From: Candidatus Dormiibacterota bacterium
Lineage (GTDB): Bacteria; Chloroflexota; Dormibacteria; Aeolococcales; Bog-877
Length of the DNA stretch: 64,000 nt
Direction of reading: 5' to 3'
Assembly (NCBI GenBank): GCA_035534695.1
Contig: DATLRN010000029.1
Coordinates: 8,771 to 72,770 of the forward strand
Positions 26,597 to 36,153 of the stretch are shown here, piece by piece. Numbering within the stretch: the stretch's first letter is position 1; the number at the start of each line of letters is the position of its first letter. The notes beneath the pieces are model-generated. The model was not told the DNA's origin. It was given only the letters and a program-made list of their open reading frames with translations, and ran no database searches. The translations under genes were made by a program, and so were the position numbers.

Positions 26597-27442
26597 TCAC
26601 CGGATCGGGGTCCCTCTATCTCGAACCGCTGAAATCAGCACTCGCCATTCCTCCAGTTCCAGGCTGCCCGGGCGCCGGACCGGATCGATGGCGATGGATT
26701 GGAGGAAGACGAGCGCCTCCCCTGGGGTGATGCCCAGGGAGCGTGCCAGCCCGTGATGCAGTTGCTTGCGGCGGGCCTGGAACATGGGCCGCGCCAAGTC
26801 GGCAAGCGCCGTCGCCAGCTCCGGGTCCACACCCGGCCGGGGCCGGACCGATATCAGACTGCTGTAGACCTGGGGCGAGGGCCAGAAGCAGTCTGGAGCG
26901 ACGTCGAACTCCACCTCAACCTCGGCCACCGCGCGCAGCACCAGCGTCGCCAGGGACCAGTCGCCATGGGACGCTGCCAGGCGCCGGCCTACCTCACGCT
27001 GGACCAGGAGATGGCAGGCCTGGGCGGGCGGATCCCAGCGCATCAGATGCGGCAAGAGCGCACCGGTGATCTGGTAGGGCAGGTTGCCGAGCACCGTCGG
27101 TCCCGGCAACCCCAGTTGAGCCGGACTCACCCGGAGAATGTCCGCCTCGACCACGGTCAGGCCCGGGTAGTGGCTGCCCAGCAGCCCCAGGGCTGCGACG
27201 CAGCGAGGATCGAGCTCGACTCCCACCACCTGGACACCCCGCTCGAGCAACCCCTGGGTGAGGGCGCCGAGGCCGGGGCCGATCTCCAGGACGCGGTCGG
27301 CGCTCCCGGCGCTGGCCACGATGGCGTCGCGGACCCGGCGGTCGATGAGGAAGTTCTGGCCCAGCTCCCGGCGCGGGCTGATCCCGAATCGCCGGGCCAC
27401 GGCTCGCGCCGTCGCAGGCGAGCAGAGGTCGGGGACGCTCAA
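26597..27442 (-). CDS. rsmA: 16S rRNA (adenine1518/1519-N6)-dimethyltransferase
   Basis: FGISPRRELGQNFLID, VLEIGPGLGALT and NLPYQIT. Confidence 0.93.
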   Translation of the reverse strand: MSVPDLCSPATARAVARRFGISPRRELGQNFLIDRRVRDAIVASAGSADRVLEIGPGLGALTQGLLERGVQVVGVELDPRCVAALGLLGSHYPGLTVVEADILRVSPAQLGLPGPTVLGNLPYQITGALLPHLMRWDPPAQACHLLVQREVGRRLAASHGDWSLATLVLRAVAEVEVEFDVAPDCFWPSPQVYSSLISVRPRPGVDPELATALADLARPMFQARRKQLHHGLARSLGITPGEALVFLQSIAIDPVRRPGSLELEEWRVLISAVRDRGTPIR

Positions 27443-28239
27443 GGCGCCGGGAGCCGAAGCGCTCGACGGGCGTTATCGCTGGTGACCGCCGAAAGCGACT
27501 CCAGGCAGTCGCCCCGCAGGACCGCCAGCCACTGCGCGGTGGCCCGGACCATGACCGGTTGGCTGCTCTGGCCGCGATGGGGCTCAGGCGCGAGGAAGGG
27601 GGCGTCGGTCTCCACCAGGAGGAGCTCGGAGGGAACGATGCGGGCCGCATCCTGCAGCCCATGAGCCGACTTGAAGGTCACGTTGCCGGCGAAGGAGCAG
27701 TAGAGTCCCCGGGCCGCGGCCTCCTCGGCGAAGCTAGCGCCGCCGCTGAAGCAGTGCAGGATCCCTACCACCGGAGGCCCACCGTCGAGGACTTGGAGCA
27801 GGTCGGCATGAGCCTGGCGCTGGTGGATCACTACCGGTTTGTCAAGCTCGGCGGCGAGCTCCAGCATGGTCGCAAACATCTCTCGCTGCACCGACTTAGG
27901 AGTCTCCAGGTAGCCGGGGCGATAGAAGTAATCAAGTCCGACCTCCCCCACCGCCAGAGCCTTGGGGTGGGCCAGCAGCCGGCGCATCTGGTCCAACTCC
28001 GCGCCTGATGGAGGAACCGGGTTGACCGGGTGCCAGCCAACGGTGAAGTAGACCTCGGGGAACTCCTCGGCCAACGCACAGCCGGCGCGGCTCTCATTCA
28101 AGTCATCGCCGCTGCTGACTATCTGGTGGACCCCGGCCTGATCAGCGCGAGCCATGACCTCTTCAATTGCTATCCCCCGCAATATCACCTGGTCCAGATG
28201 GCAGTGAGTGTCGACCAGGTCGACGTCGCGCTCAGCCAC
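27439..28239 (-). CDS. tatD: TatD family metal-dependent hydrolase
   Basis: VDTHCHLD, HQRQAH, HCFSG and ETDAPFLAP motifs. Confidence 0.9.
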   Translation of the reverse strand: MAERDVDLVDTHCHLDQVILRGIAIEEVMARADQAGVHQIVSSGDDLNESRAGCALAEEFPEVYFTVGWHPVNPVPPSGAELDQMRRLLAHPKALAVGEVGLDYFYRPGYLETPKSVQREMFATMLELAAELDKPVVIHQRQAHADLLQVLDGGPPVVGILHCFSGGASFAEEAAARGLYCSFAGNVTFKSAHGLQDAARIVPSELLLVETDAPFLAPEPHRGQSSQPVMVRATAQWLAVLRGDCLESLSAVTSDNARRALRLPAP

Positions 28240-28921
28240 CCAGCCGCACCTTCTTGCTGGGCGGGGCCTCGATCACGATGGTGCACTCGCCCCGCGGTGG
28301 CTCGGCACGGAACCGGGCCGCCAACTCGGCGGCTGTCCCCAGGTACCAGGTCTCGTGCAGCTTGGAGATCTCCCGAGCCACTGCCACCCTGCGCTCCCCG
28401 ATCACCTCGCTGGCCCACTCCAGAGTGGCCGCCAGGCGGTGGGGTGACTCGTGAAAGACCAAGGCCCAACTCTCCGAGGCCCGGAGCAGCTTCTGGCTGC
28501 GCGACTTGGTCCGGGGCAGAAAGCCAAGGAAGAGGAAGCGATCTGCTCTCAGGCCGCTGGCGGACACCGCTGCCGCGTGGGCCGAGGGACCAGGCACGGC
28601 CACGACTGCAAAGCCCGCTTCGCGAGCTGCCGCCACCAGCCGGCGGCCGGGATCGCTGATGGCCGGAGTCCCCGCGTCTGAGACCAGCGCCACGTCACCG
28701 ATCCGCAGCTGTTCCAGGATCAGCGGAATGCGACGTTCCTCCTGTTCCCCGGGCAGCGAGATGAGCCGGGCCCTGTCCGACCTGCCCCTGAGCAGGGTTC
28801 CGCTCCGGCGGGTGTCTTCCGCTACCACCGCCGCTACCTGGCCCAAGATCTCCGCCGCCCTCGGGGAGAGGTCAGCCAGGTTGCCGATCGGGGTCGCCAC
28901 CACGTAGAGGACTCCCGCCAT
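28232..28921 (-). CDS. rsmI: 16S rRNA (cytidine1402-2'-O)-methyltransferase
   Basis: LYVVATPIGNLADLSPRA...AEDTRRSG..LVSDAGTPAISDPG. Confidence 0.9.
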   Translation of the reverse strand: MAGVLYVVATPIGNLADLSPRAAEILGQVAAVVAEDTRRSGTLLRGRSDRARLISLPGEQEERRIPLILEQLRIGDVALVSDAGTPAISDPGRRLVAAAREAGFAVVAVPGPSAHAAAVSASGLRADRFLFLGFLPRTKSRSQKLLRASESWALVFHESPHRLAATLEWASEVIGERRVAVAREISKLHETWYLGTAAELAARFRAEPPRGECTIVIEAPPSKKVRLGG

Positions 28922-28930
28922 GAGCGCGCT

Positions 28931-29752
28931 CTAGTGGCCCCAGTCGCGAGGATAGCGAAAGTCCTGGCCGACGCTCCGGGCGGACAGCTTGGCGATGAGT
29001 GGCGGTTGTCGCTTGAACTGGGTGTTGCGAACCCGATCCCAGATCACCTGGACCATGACCGGATCCAAACCCAGAGCGGCGATCTCGCCCGGCGAGCGGC
29101 GCTCATCGATCAGTTGGTAGAGGATCTGGTCGGCATCGGCGTAGGTGAAGCCGAGATCAGCCTCGTCGGACTGGCCCTGAAAGAGGTCGGCGGAGGGCGC
29201 CTTATCGAGGATTCTCTGGGGAAGTCCTAGGTGGCGAGCCAGCTGGTAGATCTGGGTCTTGTAGAGGTCGCCCAGGGGATTTAGGGCGTGCGCGCCATCC
29301 CCCCAGAGAGTGCTGTAACCCAAGAGCAGCTCCGACTTGTTGCTGGTGCCAAGCACCAGGGCAGCGCGGGTGGCTGAGATGTCGTAGGCGATGCTCATCC
29401 GCTCGCGGGCCATCTTGTTGCCCCGCCGGGTGGCATCCGCCTCCGGAAAGGCCGCGAAATAGGAGTCGATCTGAAGGCTGATGTCGATCACCAAAAGTTC
29501 GACGCCCAGTTCCTCGGCGACCAACCGGGCATCCTCCAGGCTGCTGGGATTGCTCTCCCGGTAGGGCATGGCGACCGCGGTCACCGACTCTTTGCCCAAG
29601 GCGCTGACCGCGATCCGGGCCGACAGAGCGGAGTCGACTCCACCCGAGAGGGCGACCACCACCCCCCGCGCGCCCACCTTGAGGACCTCTTCGCGAACAA
29701 AGCCGATGAGAATGCCGGAAACCAGGTCGGTGTTGATGGAGAGGTCAGTCAT
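28931..29752 (-). CDS. nadE: NAD+ synthetase, synthetase domain only
   Basis: PP-loop VVALSGGVDSA, 273 aa. Overlaps the upstream CN-hydrolase gene by 8 nt. Confidence 0.9.
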   Translation of the reverse strand: MTDLSINTDLVSGILIGFVREEVLKVGARGVVVALSGGVDSALSARIAVSALGKESVTAVAMPYRESNPSSLEDARLVAEELGVELLVIDISLQIDSYFAAFPEADATRRGNKMARERMSIAYDISATRAALVLGTSNKSELLLGYSTLWGDGAHALNPLGDLYKTQIYQLARHLGLPQRILDKAPSADLFQGQSDEADLGFTYADADQILYQLIDERRSPGEIAALGLDPVMVQVIWDRVRNTQFKRQPPLIAKLSARSVGQDFRYPRDWGH

Positions 29753-30617
29753 CGTCGGTCAGGTCCAGCTGATGCTGGACGACGTCGAATCGCTCGTCCC
29801 GCAGCAAGGGGTGGGCGATCCGGGCTCGGCGCAGGTGGCCCCGATCCAGCTGGGCATGGAGCACGCCCGGGGAATCATCCAGGGGCCCGGCCAGGATCTG
29901 GCCGTCCGGACCAAGCAGACGGCTGCCGCCCCAGAAGTGGAACCCATCTTCGAAGCCCACCCGGTTGCAGTAGGCCGCAAAGACGGTGAACAGTTCCGCG
30001 TAGGTGCGCAGCATGGCCCCGTAGGAGGTGGCGCTGCCCAGCTCTCCCTCCCCGCTCCCCACCCCGCGGCCGGGGCTGGCTGAAGGGCAAAGGAGCAGAT
30101 CGACCCCAGCCCGGCTCAGCAGGTAGGCCGAGCTGGGATGCCAGAGGTCCTCACAGACAAGGACACCGATCCGCCAGCTGGCTCCCCCAGCGAGTTCCAC
30201 GTCAGCCGCCAGGAACTGGTCGCCAGCAGCCAGGTGGCGCTGCTCGTCGAAGATCCCGTAGGTCGGCAAGTAGACCTTGCGGTGGACGTGCCGGATGGCG
30301 CCGTTGGAGATCAAGACTGCGGCGTTGTAGAAGCTGAAACGATCGGACTCCAGGATCAAACCCACCAGGGCGGCTGCCTTGCCGGTCGCCGTGATGAGCC
30401 GTTCCAGCTCCGGACCATCGAGACGCACCGCCGTCTCCGGAGTCAGGTCCTTGAGGAAGTACCCGGTCAGACTGAGCTCGGGCAGCACCACCAGGTCGGC
30501 GCCTTGAGCCGCCTCGGCGGAGATCTTCTCGCAGCACCAGTCCAGATTCGCCTGCAGGTCGCCCAGAACCGGCTGGTGCTGGACCAGGGCCAGCTGCACC
30601 GGCGGGGAGCCGGCCAT
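29745..30617 (-). CDS. Carbon-nitrogen hydrolase (nitrilase superfamily), probable glutaminase partner of NadE
   Basis: E-K-C triad context: VVLPELSLTGY, HRKVYLP and VLVCEDLWHP. ATG at 30615-30617 lies 1 nt after the dinG stop. Confidence 0.8.
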   Translation of the reverse strand: MAGSPPVQLALVQHQPVLGDLQANLDWCCEKISAEAAQGADLVVLPELSLTGYFLKDLTPETAVRLDGPELERLITATGKAAALVGLILESDRFSFYNAAVLISNGAIRHVHRKVYLPTYGIFDEQRHLAAGDQFLAADVELAGGASWRIGVLVCEDLWHPSSAYLLSRAGVDLLLCPSASPGRGVGSGEGELGSATSYGAMLRTYAELFTVFAAYCNRVGFEDGFHFWGGSRLLGPDGQILAGPLDDSPGVLHAQLDRGHLRRARIAHPLLRDERFDVVQHQLDLTDDD

Positions 30618-30618
30618 C

Positions 30619-33405
30619 CTAGCCCACCACCGCGGCCGGTTTCTCGCCTCGGAGGAAGGCACCGATCAGGGGTGCCAGCCTTTCCGGTGGCTCGTAGAGG
30701 AAGGCGGCCTTAGGCAGCGCCCGGACGAACTCCTCGCCATATTTCCGTTCCAAGATCCGAGGATCGCAGATCACGACAGCGCCCCGATCACCATGGCGGC
30801 GCACCAGCCGTCCGAAACCCTGCTTCAGACGGAGCACCGCCTCCGGGAGCGAGAGCTGGGCGAAAGAGTCCGCACGGCCCCGCGCCCGGGCCTGAAAGAT
30901 GGGGTCGGTGGGAACCGGGAAGGGAAGCTTGTCGATGACCACGCACTGGAGCACGTCGCCGGGCAGGTCGATCCCCTCCCAGAAGCTGTTGGTACCCAGG
31001 AGCACCGTCCGAGGCTCCTTGCGGAAATTGCGGAGAACCTGGTTGCGAGTTCCGTCCAGGCCCTGACCGAGCACGGCGATCCCTTCACCCCGGAGCAGGG
31101 AACGAAGCTGCCCATGTACCTCGCGGAGGGCGTGGTACCCGGTGAAGAGGACCAGGGTCCGGCCACCGAGCTCACTGGCGATGTCGGCCACCAGCTGGGC
31201 CACCACCCCGGAGTGCTGGGGGTCCTCATGTCCAGGCATTCCCCGCGGCAGGCAGCAGAGCGACTGACGTAGGTAGTCGAAGGGCGAGTCGAGGACCAGC
31301 TCCTGGGCATCCTCGAGGCCGAGCCGATCGCGCAGGTACTGGAATGACCCGGCGACTGCCATGGTCGCTGAGGTCAGGACCACCGTCTGGCAGCGCTCGA
31401 AGAGGTGCTCACGCAGGGAGGTGGCCACCTCCGCCGGGGCCGTCCGCAGGACGGCCCGATCCCCACGCTCAATCTCCACCCAGGCCACCTGGCTCGGGCC
31501 GACGACGTCTGACCCTAAGCCGGGATCACCCTCCAGGTTGGCCAGCGAATTGGTGACCACCCGGGCCATCCCGGCCAGCGCCTCGGCGGCCACCCAGCAC
31601 TCGCGAGCGCCGTTGTCCGGCTGTGGCCAGACAGTCGTCTGGACATTGCCCAACTCGGCTGCGCTGTGCAGTGCGGCGCTGGCCTCGCGCAAGGACCGGC
31701 CCAGCCTGAAGAGCCACCGCGACGTTTGCTCCCAGCCTTCGGCGGCGACCACGCGCCCGTCCAGAACGACGAATGTCGGACCCCGGACCTCCGAGTTGGC
31801 AGTCTCGGCGGCCACCAGCTGACGCAGCGCGGCGAAGGCCGCGGTGGCGGCCTGGCGCAATCCCTTCAGGGCTCGGTTCACCTCGGAATCGCCAAAATCC
31901 GGGATTCGGTCCGTCACCGCCAGGATGGTTCCCAAGCCCAGGCGCTCGCCCTGCGACTGGGTGGCGGCTTCCTCGAGGTGGTGGGCCTCATCGATGATCA
32001 GGTGGTGGAACTCGGGCAGCACCGCTCCCCCGCTGTCGGCGTCCGCCAGAAGCAGGGCGTGGTTGACGATGACTAGGTCTGCCTCACGGGCGGCAACCCG
32101 AGCCTTGACCATGAAACAGGTGCCGTCGCGCCAGTTGTGGCAGGCGGGTCCGAGGCAGTCGTCGACGGTGGAGGCGACCTTCTCCCAGAACTCTGAGTCC
32201 CGTCCAGCCAGTCGCAACTCGGCGCGATCTCCGATCTGGGTCTGGTACGCCCAGATCAGAGCTCGGACCTTGAAGCGAACCTCGTCGGGGTCACGGCGGC
32301 GGCCAACTGGTCCCGCCGCCAGCCAGCGCTCCAGCCGGCGCAGGCTGAGGTAGTTGCCCCGCCCCTTGAGCACCGCCGTGCGCAGCGGCAGAGACTGGGC
32401 CGTCTCAGCCAGGGGGACGTCGTGTTGGACCAGCTGCTCCTGCAGGGTGATGGTGTGGGTCGACACCAAGACCCGGCCTCCACCTCGGGCCGACCACTCC
32501 CGGGCCGGGAGCAGGTAGGCGAGGGATTTCCCCACCCCAGTACCCGCCTCGACGAGCAGGGTCTGGCCCCGGTTGAAGGCCTGGGACACGGCCAGCGCCA
32601 TCTGCTGCTGCTCCTCCCGAAGCTCGAACTCGACCTCGGAGTGGGCCAGACCACCCTCGGGACCGAATGCGGCCAGCATGCCCGCTTCGTCGATGCCGCC
32701 CGAACGGCCAGAGGGAGTCTCCTGAACCTGGGGAGCTGCCCTCGGTGGCTCATCTCTCTCTGAGACCTCCCTGTCCACACCCAAGGCGCCTACCAGCAAC
32801 TGCTGGGCCAGATACTCCCCGGTCGGCCAGCCACCAGCGGAGCACAGCAAGCGCACCCGCTCACGAACTTGGGCCGGCAACAGCTGGGCGATCTCGATCA
32901 GGCTCTCGAGCAGAAGCTGAGTCGCCTGGGCGTCGGACAGAGCCCGGTGGGGCCGGTCGTGGGGTAGGTCGAGGGAGCGGCTCAACTCCTCCAGACTGTG
33001 GCTGGGAGCGGCGGGGAGAAGAACGCGGGCCAGTTCGGACGTGTCGAGCGCCAGACGGCCGCCGAACTCCTCGGGAAGGATCTCGGTGCAGAACGCCATG
33101 TCGAAGGAGACGCCGTGGCCGACCAGGGTGCAGCCCTCGCTGAACAGGGCCAGTCCGGCGACCGCCTCGGGCGGGGATGGCTGCCCTTGGAGGTCTTGGT
33201 CCCTGATGCCGCAGAGGCGTTGAATCACCAGCGGCACCGGAATACCCGGATTGGCAAGCGTGGAGTAGGTGTCGAGCACGCCGGTGCGGTCGAACTTCAC
33301 CGCCCCGATCTCGATGATGCGGTCGCTCCGCGGGCTGAGGCCGGTCGTCTCCAGGTCGAAGCAGACCAGCGTCTCCTCGGGGCTCGTGGGGATTACGGTG
33401 ATCAT
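30619..33405 (-). CDS. dinG: DinG-family ATP-dependent helicase with N-terminal DnaQ-like 3'-5' exonuclease domain
   Basis: Exo motifs FDLETTGL, GHGVSFD and HRALSDA. Walker A GTGVGKS, DEAH box IIDEAHHLEE, and C-terminal helicase motifs. Confidence 0.88.
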   Translation of the reverse strand: MITVIPTSPEETLVCFDLETTGLSPRSDRIIEIGAVKFDRTGVLDTYSTLANPGIPVPLVIQRLCGIRDQDLQGQPSPPEAVAGLALFSEGCTLVGHGVSFDMAFCTEILPEEFGGRLALDTSELARVLLPAAPSHSLEELSRSLDLPHDRPHRALSDAQATQLLLESLIEIAQLLPAQVRERVRLLCSAGGWPTGEYLAQQLLVGALGVDREVSERDEPPRAAPQVQETPSGRSGGIDEAGMLAAFGPEGGLAHSEVEFELREEQQQMALAVSQAFNRGQTLLVEAGTGVGKSLAYLLPAREWSARGGGRVLVSTHTITLQEQLVQHDVPLAETAQSLPLRTAVLKGRGNYLSLRRLERWLAAGPVGRRRDPDEVRFKVRALIWAYQTQIGDRAELRLAGRDSEFWEKVASTVDDCLGPACHNWRDGTCFMVKARVAAREADLVIVNHALLLADADSGGAVLPEFHHLIIDEAHHLEEAATQSQGERLGLGTILAVTDRIPDFGDSEVNRALKGLRQAATAAFAALRQLVAAETANSEVRGPTFVVLDGRVVAAEGWEQTSRWLFRLGRSLREASAALHSAAELGNVQTTVWPQPDNGARECWVAAEALAGMARVVTNSLANLEGDPGLGSDVVGPSQVAWVEIERGDRAVLRTAPAEVATSLREHLFERCQTVVLTSATMAVAGSFQYLRDRLGLEDAQELVLDSPFDYLRQSLCCLPRGMPGHEDPQHSGVVAQLVADIASELGGRTLVLFTGYHALREVHGQLRSLLRGEGIAVLGQGLDGTRNQVLRNFRKEPRTVLLGTNSFWEGIDLPGDVLQCVVIDKLPFPVPTDPIFQARARGRADSFAQLSLPEAVLRLKQGFGRLVRRHGDRGAVVICDPRILERKYGEEFVRALPKAAFLYEPPERLAPLIGAFLRGEKPAAVVG

Positions 33406-33449
33406 GGTGCAAGCACCACCTTAGCCGCGCTCGGAGATTGGCATTCCCG

Positions 33450-34157
33450 CTAGGGCGCCTCGGCTCCTGCCGACAAACCCCGCCTGCGGCACTCGCTGAG
33501 GACCAGATTCACCACCTCCTCGGCGGAGAGGGCGCTGGTGTCGATGGAGAGGGCATCGCTGGGCACGGCCAGCGGGGCATGGACCCGGCTGAGGTCGGTC
33601 TGGTCGCGGGTGAGAACATCAGCTCGAAGGACCTCATCCGAGGCGTCCCGGCCTCGGCTGAGGAGCTCCTTGCGCCGCCGCGCCACCCTCACCTCCGCCG
33701 GGGCATCCAGGTATACCTTGCAGTCCGCGTCCGGGAAGACCACGGTTCCGGTATCACGACCGACGGCGACGACGCCTTGTGCGGCGGGCCTCCGCTGCGC
33801 CGCCAGCAGCGACTGGCGCACCCCCGGCTGGCGGGCAATGTCGGCCAGTAAGGCGGCCAGGCGGGAGTCCCAGAGTTCCTCCGTCAATGCCTGGCCGTCG
33901 GCCCGCGCCTGCCAGGCACCGGGAGCCGGATCGGGGTCTGAGTTGACCTCAAGACGGACCGCCGCTGCCAGCTCCTGCAGTGCCAGACTATCCCCGGCCT
34001 CGATTTCAGCCCGACTGGCGGCCGCGGTCAGGGCGCGATAGAAGATTCCGGTGTCGACGAAGGGAAGATGAAGAACCCGGGCCACGCTGCGGCCGACCGT
34101 GGACTTTCCGACTCCGGCCGGTCCATCGATGGTCACCACCGGGGCCACCCGGCTCAT
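33450..34157 (-). CDS. cmk: Cytidylate kinase
   Basis: VTIDGPAGVGKSTVGR...VAVGRDTGTVVFPDA. Confidence 0.92.
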   Translation of the reverse strand: MSRVAPVVTIDGPAGVGKSTVGRSVARVLHLPFVDTGIFYRALTAAASRAEIEAGDSLALQELAAAVRLEVNSDPDPAPGAWQARADGQALTEELWDSRLAALLADIARQPGVRQSLLAAQRRPAAQGVVAVGRDTGTVVFPDADCKVYLDAPAEVRVARRRKELLSRGRDASDEVLRADVLTRDQTDLSRVHAPLAVPSDALSIDTSALSAEEVVNLVLSECRRRGLSAGAEAP

Positions 34158-34882
34158 TTGAGCCCCACCGAGTGGCGAAGCCGGCGCACCTCCCCCTCGC
34201 TCAGCTCTCGGGACCGTCCCAAGGTCAGAGTCCCCAGTCGGAGATCGCCGATGGCGACGCGCTCCAGATCCTCAACCTTGGCCCCCACCGCGGCACACAT
34301 CCGGCGGATCTGTCGCTGCCTGCCCTCGGCCAGCTGGATCAGCAAGAGCGAGCGTCGGGGTCCGCTCCGGAGTAGCCGAATCTCCACGGGATTGGTGGGG
34401 CCGTCGACCAGGACCGGGCCCAAGCGCAGGGCGGTCAGCTGCTCCTGGCGTACTGGCCCTTTGATCGTCACCCGGTAGGTCTTCACCACCTGGTAGCGGG
34501 GATGGGTCAGGCGGAGGGCCAGATCTCCGTCGTCGGTGAGCAGCATCAGGCCCCTGGAGTCGAGGTCGAGTCGGCCCACCGGGAAGAGGCCCTTGTGATC
34601 CTCGACCAGTCCCAGGACAGTGGGGCGGCCTCCCGGATCCCGCGCTGTCGAGACCACCCCCACCGGCTTGTTGAGAGCCAGGTAGCGGCGCTGGATGTTG
34701 CGCTGGACCAGGGGACGACCATCGAGCTGGACCTCCTCCCGCTCGGGATCGATCAGCCTGCCCTCGCGAGGCGGGACCTGGCCGTCAACGGTGACCCGCC
34801 CAGCGGCGACCATTCGGTCAGCCTCGCGGCGGGACGCTATTCCGGTCCGAGCCAGCCAGCGACCCAGCCGCTCACCCGGCAT
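34154..34882 (-). CDS. rluB: Pseudouridine synthase (RluB/RsuA family) with S4 domain
   Basis: ATG at 34880-34882 gives MPGERLGRWLARTGIASRREADRMV (S4 domain). Catalytic VGRLDLDSRGLMLLTDDG. The track ORF extension upstream is read-through into scpB. Confidence 0.88.
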   Translation of the reverse strand: MPGERLGRWLARTGIASRREADRMVAAGRVTVDGQVPPREGRLIDPEREEVQLDGRPLVQRNIQRRYLALNKPVGVVSTARDPGGRPTVLGLVEDHKGLFPVGRLDLDSRGLMLLTDDGDLALRLTHPRYQVVKTYRVTIKGPVRQEQLTALRLGPVLVDGPTNPVEIRLLRSGPRRSLLLIQLAEGRQRQIRRMCAAVGAKVEDLERVAIGDLRLGTLTLGRSRELSEGEVRRLRHSVGLK

Positions 34883-35501
34883 CAGGCTCTTCGCTGCCGC
34901 GGGCCGCGTCCAGCCAGGTCTCAGGATCGAGGCGTTCCAGGGGAGGCAGTTCGTCGACCTGAGAGATCCCCACCACCTGCAGGAAGCGCAAGGTGGTGCC
35001 GAACAGGCGCGGGTGGCCCGGGCCTTCCTCTCGACCGACCTCATCGATCAGCCCATGCCGGGTCAGGCTCTCCAGGACCGCCTCGCAGTTGACCCCTCGG
35101 ATCGCCTCGATGGCGATTCTGGTGATCGGCTGACGATAGGCGACGATGGCCAGCGTCTCCAGGGCCGGTTTGGAGAGCCTTCCAGCTACCTCAGGGCGCA
35201 GGGCCCGCTCCACCGCCCAGGCCGCCTGAGGATGGCTCACCAGCTGGAGCTCGTTGCGGTGGCTCTGGAGCATCAGGCCGCTGCCCTGGAGCAGCGCTGC
35301 GCCGGCGCTGGCTGCCTCCTCGACGGCGTCCGGGCTGAGGTCCAGGGTGTGGGCCAACTCGATGATCGAAATCGCCTCGGCGCGCACGAAGAGCACCGCG
35401 ATCAGGGCCGCGGCTACGCCTGGGACGGACTCGCTCAGCTCAGCCGCCACCCGACCTCTCCACCAAAATCGGTCGATCCGGCCCGGCCTGGGTACAGGCA
35501 A
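34872..35501 (-). CDS. scpB: Segregation and condensation protein B
   Basis: ALIAVLFVRAEAISIIELA...ETLAIVAYRQPITR. The start is uncertain, since the ORF overlaps scpA by 62 nt. Confidence 0.85.
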   Translation of the reverse strand: MPVPRPGRIDRFWWRGRVAAELSESVPGVAAALIAVLFVRAEAISIIELAHTLDLSPDAVEEAASAGAALLQGSGLMLQSHRNELQLVSHPQAAWAVERALRPEVAGRLSKPALETLAIVAYRQPITRIAIEAIRGVNCEAVLESLTRHGLIDEVGREEGPGHPRLFGTTLRFLQVVGISQVDELPPLERLDPETWLDAARGSEEPDAG

Positions 35502-36150
35502 CCTCGCCGGCCCAGATCAACTCCAGGAGCGCCAGGAAGAAGGCAACCGCCTCCAGTCGATCGCGAGCCTCGGCGAAGACCTGGTCGAACTGCAGCGAGC
35601 GACGCTCGGTCAGCAGTAGACGCAGCTCATCCATCTTCTCGGTCACCGAATAGCGGGGTAGGGTCAGCTCCAGCTCGGTGGGTTCGGGCAGGCGGGCCAG
35701 CAGTTCGCCCAGCGCCACGGCGAGCACCTCGGGGCTCAGCTGTAGGTTGGCCCGGGGCTCGACCGGGAGCCCCAGCACCCGTAAGAAGGCCTTAGGCCCG
35801 GCGCTGGCATCCGCGAGCAGAACTCCGGCCGCCGCCTTGAAGAGGCGGTACTCGGCCAGGCGGGCCCCGGGGTCCTCCTCCTCGATCAGCTCGGCGTCGC
35901 CAAGCAGGGCGGCGTCGGTTGCGTCCTCCAGATGGCGACCCATCTTGAGGTCGAGAAGACGGGCGAGGACTTGGAGAGACTCGGCGGCCCACAGCAGGTC
36001 CAGCTCCCCGCCCCCTTGATCCACCTCAGCTTTGAGTCGCTGGCTGAGCGCGGCCAGTTCGACGGTGCCCAAATCGAGATCTCCCCGCTGGGCCTCGGCC
36101 AGGACTGAGTTGAGCCCTTCCAACTCCTCCACATGCTCCGGAGTGGCCAT
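35440..36150 (-). CDS. scpA: Segregation and condensation protein A
   Basis: Kleisin-like 236 aa directly upstream of scpB. C-terminal FLALLELIW-type motif. Confidence 0.85.
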   Translation of the reverse strand: MATPEHVEELEGLNSVLAEAQRGDLDLGTVELAALSQRLKAEVDQGGGELDLLWAAESLQVLARLLDLKMGRHLEDATDAALLGDAELIEEEDPGARLAEYRLFKAAAGVLLADASAGPKAFLRVLGLPVEPRANLQLSPEVLAVALGELLARLPEPTELELTLPRYSVTEKMDELRLLLTERRSLQFDQVFAEARDRLEAVAFFLALLELIWAGEVACTQAGPDRPILVERSGGG

Positions 36151-36153
36151 GGC

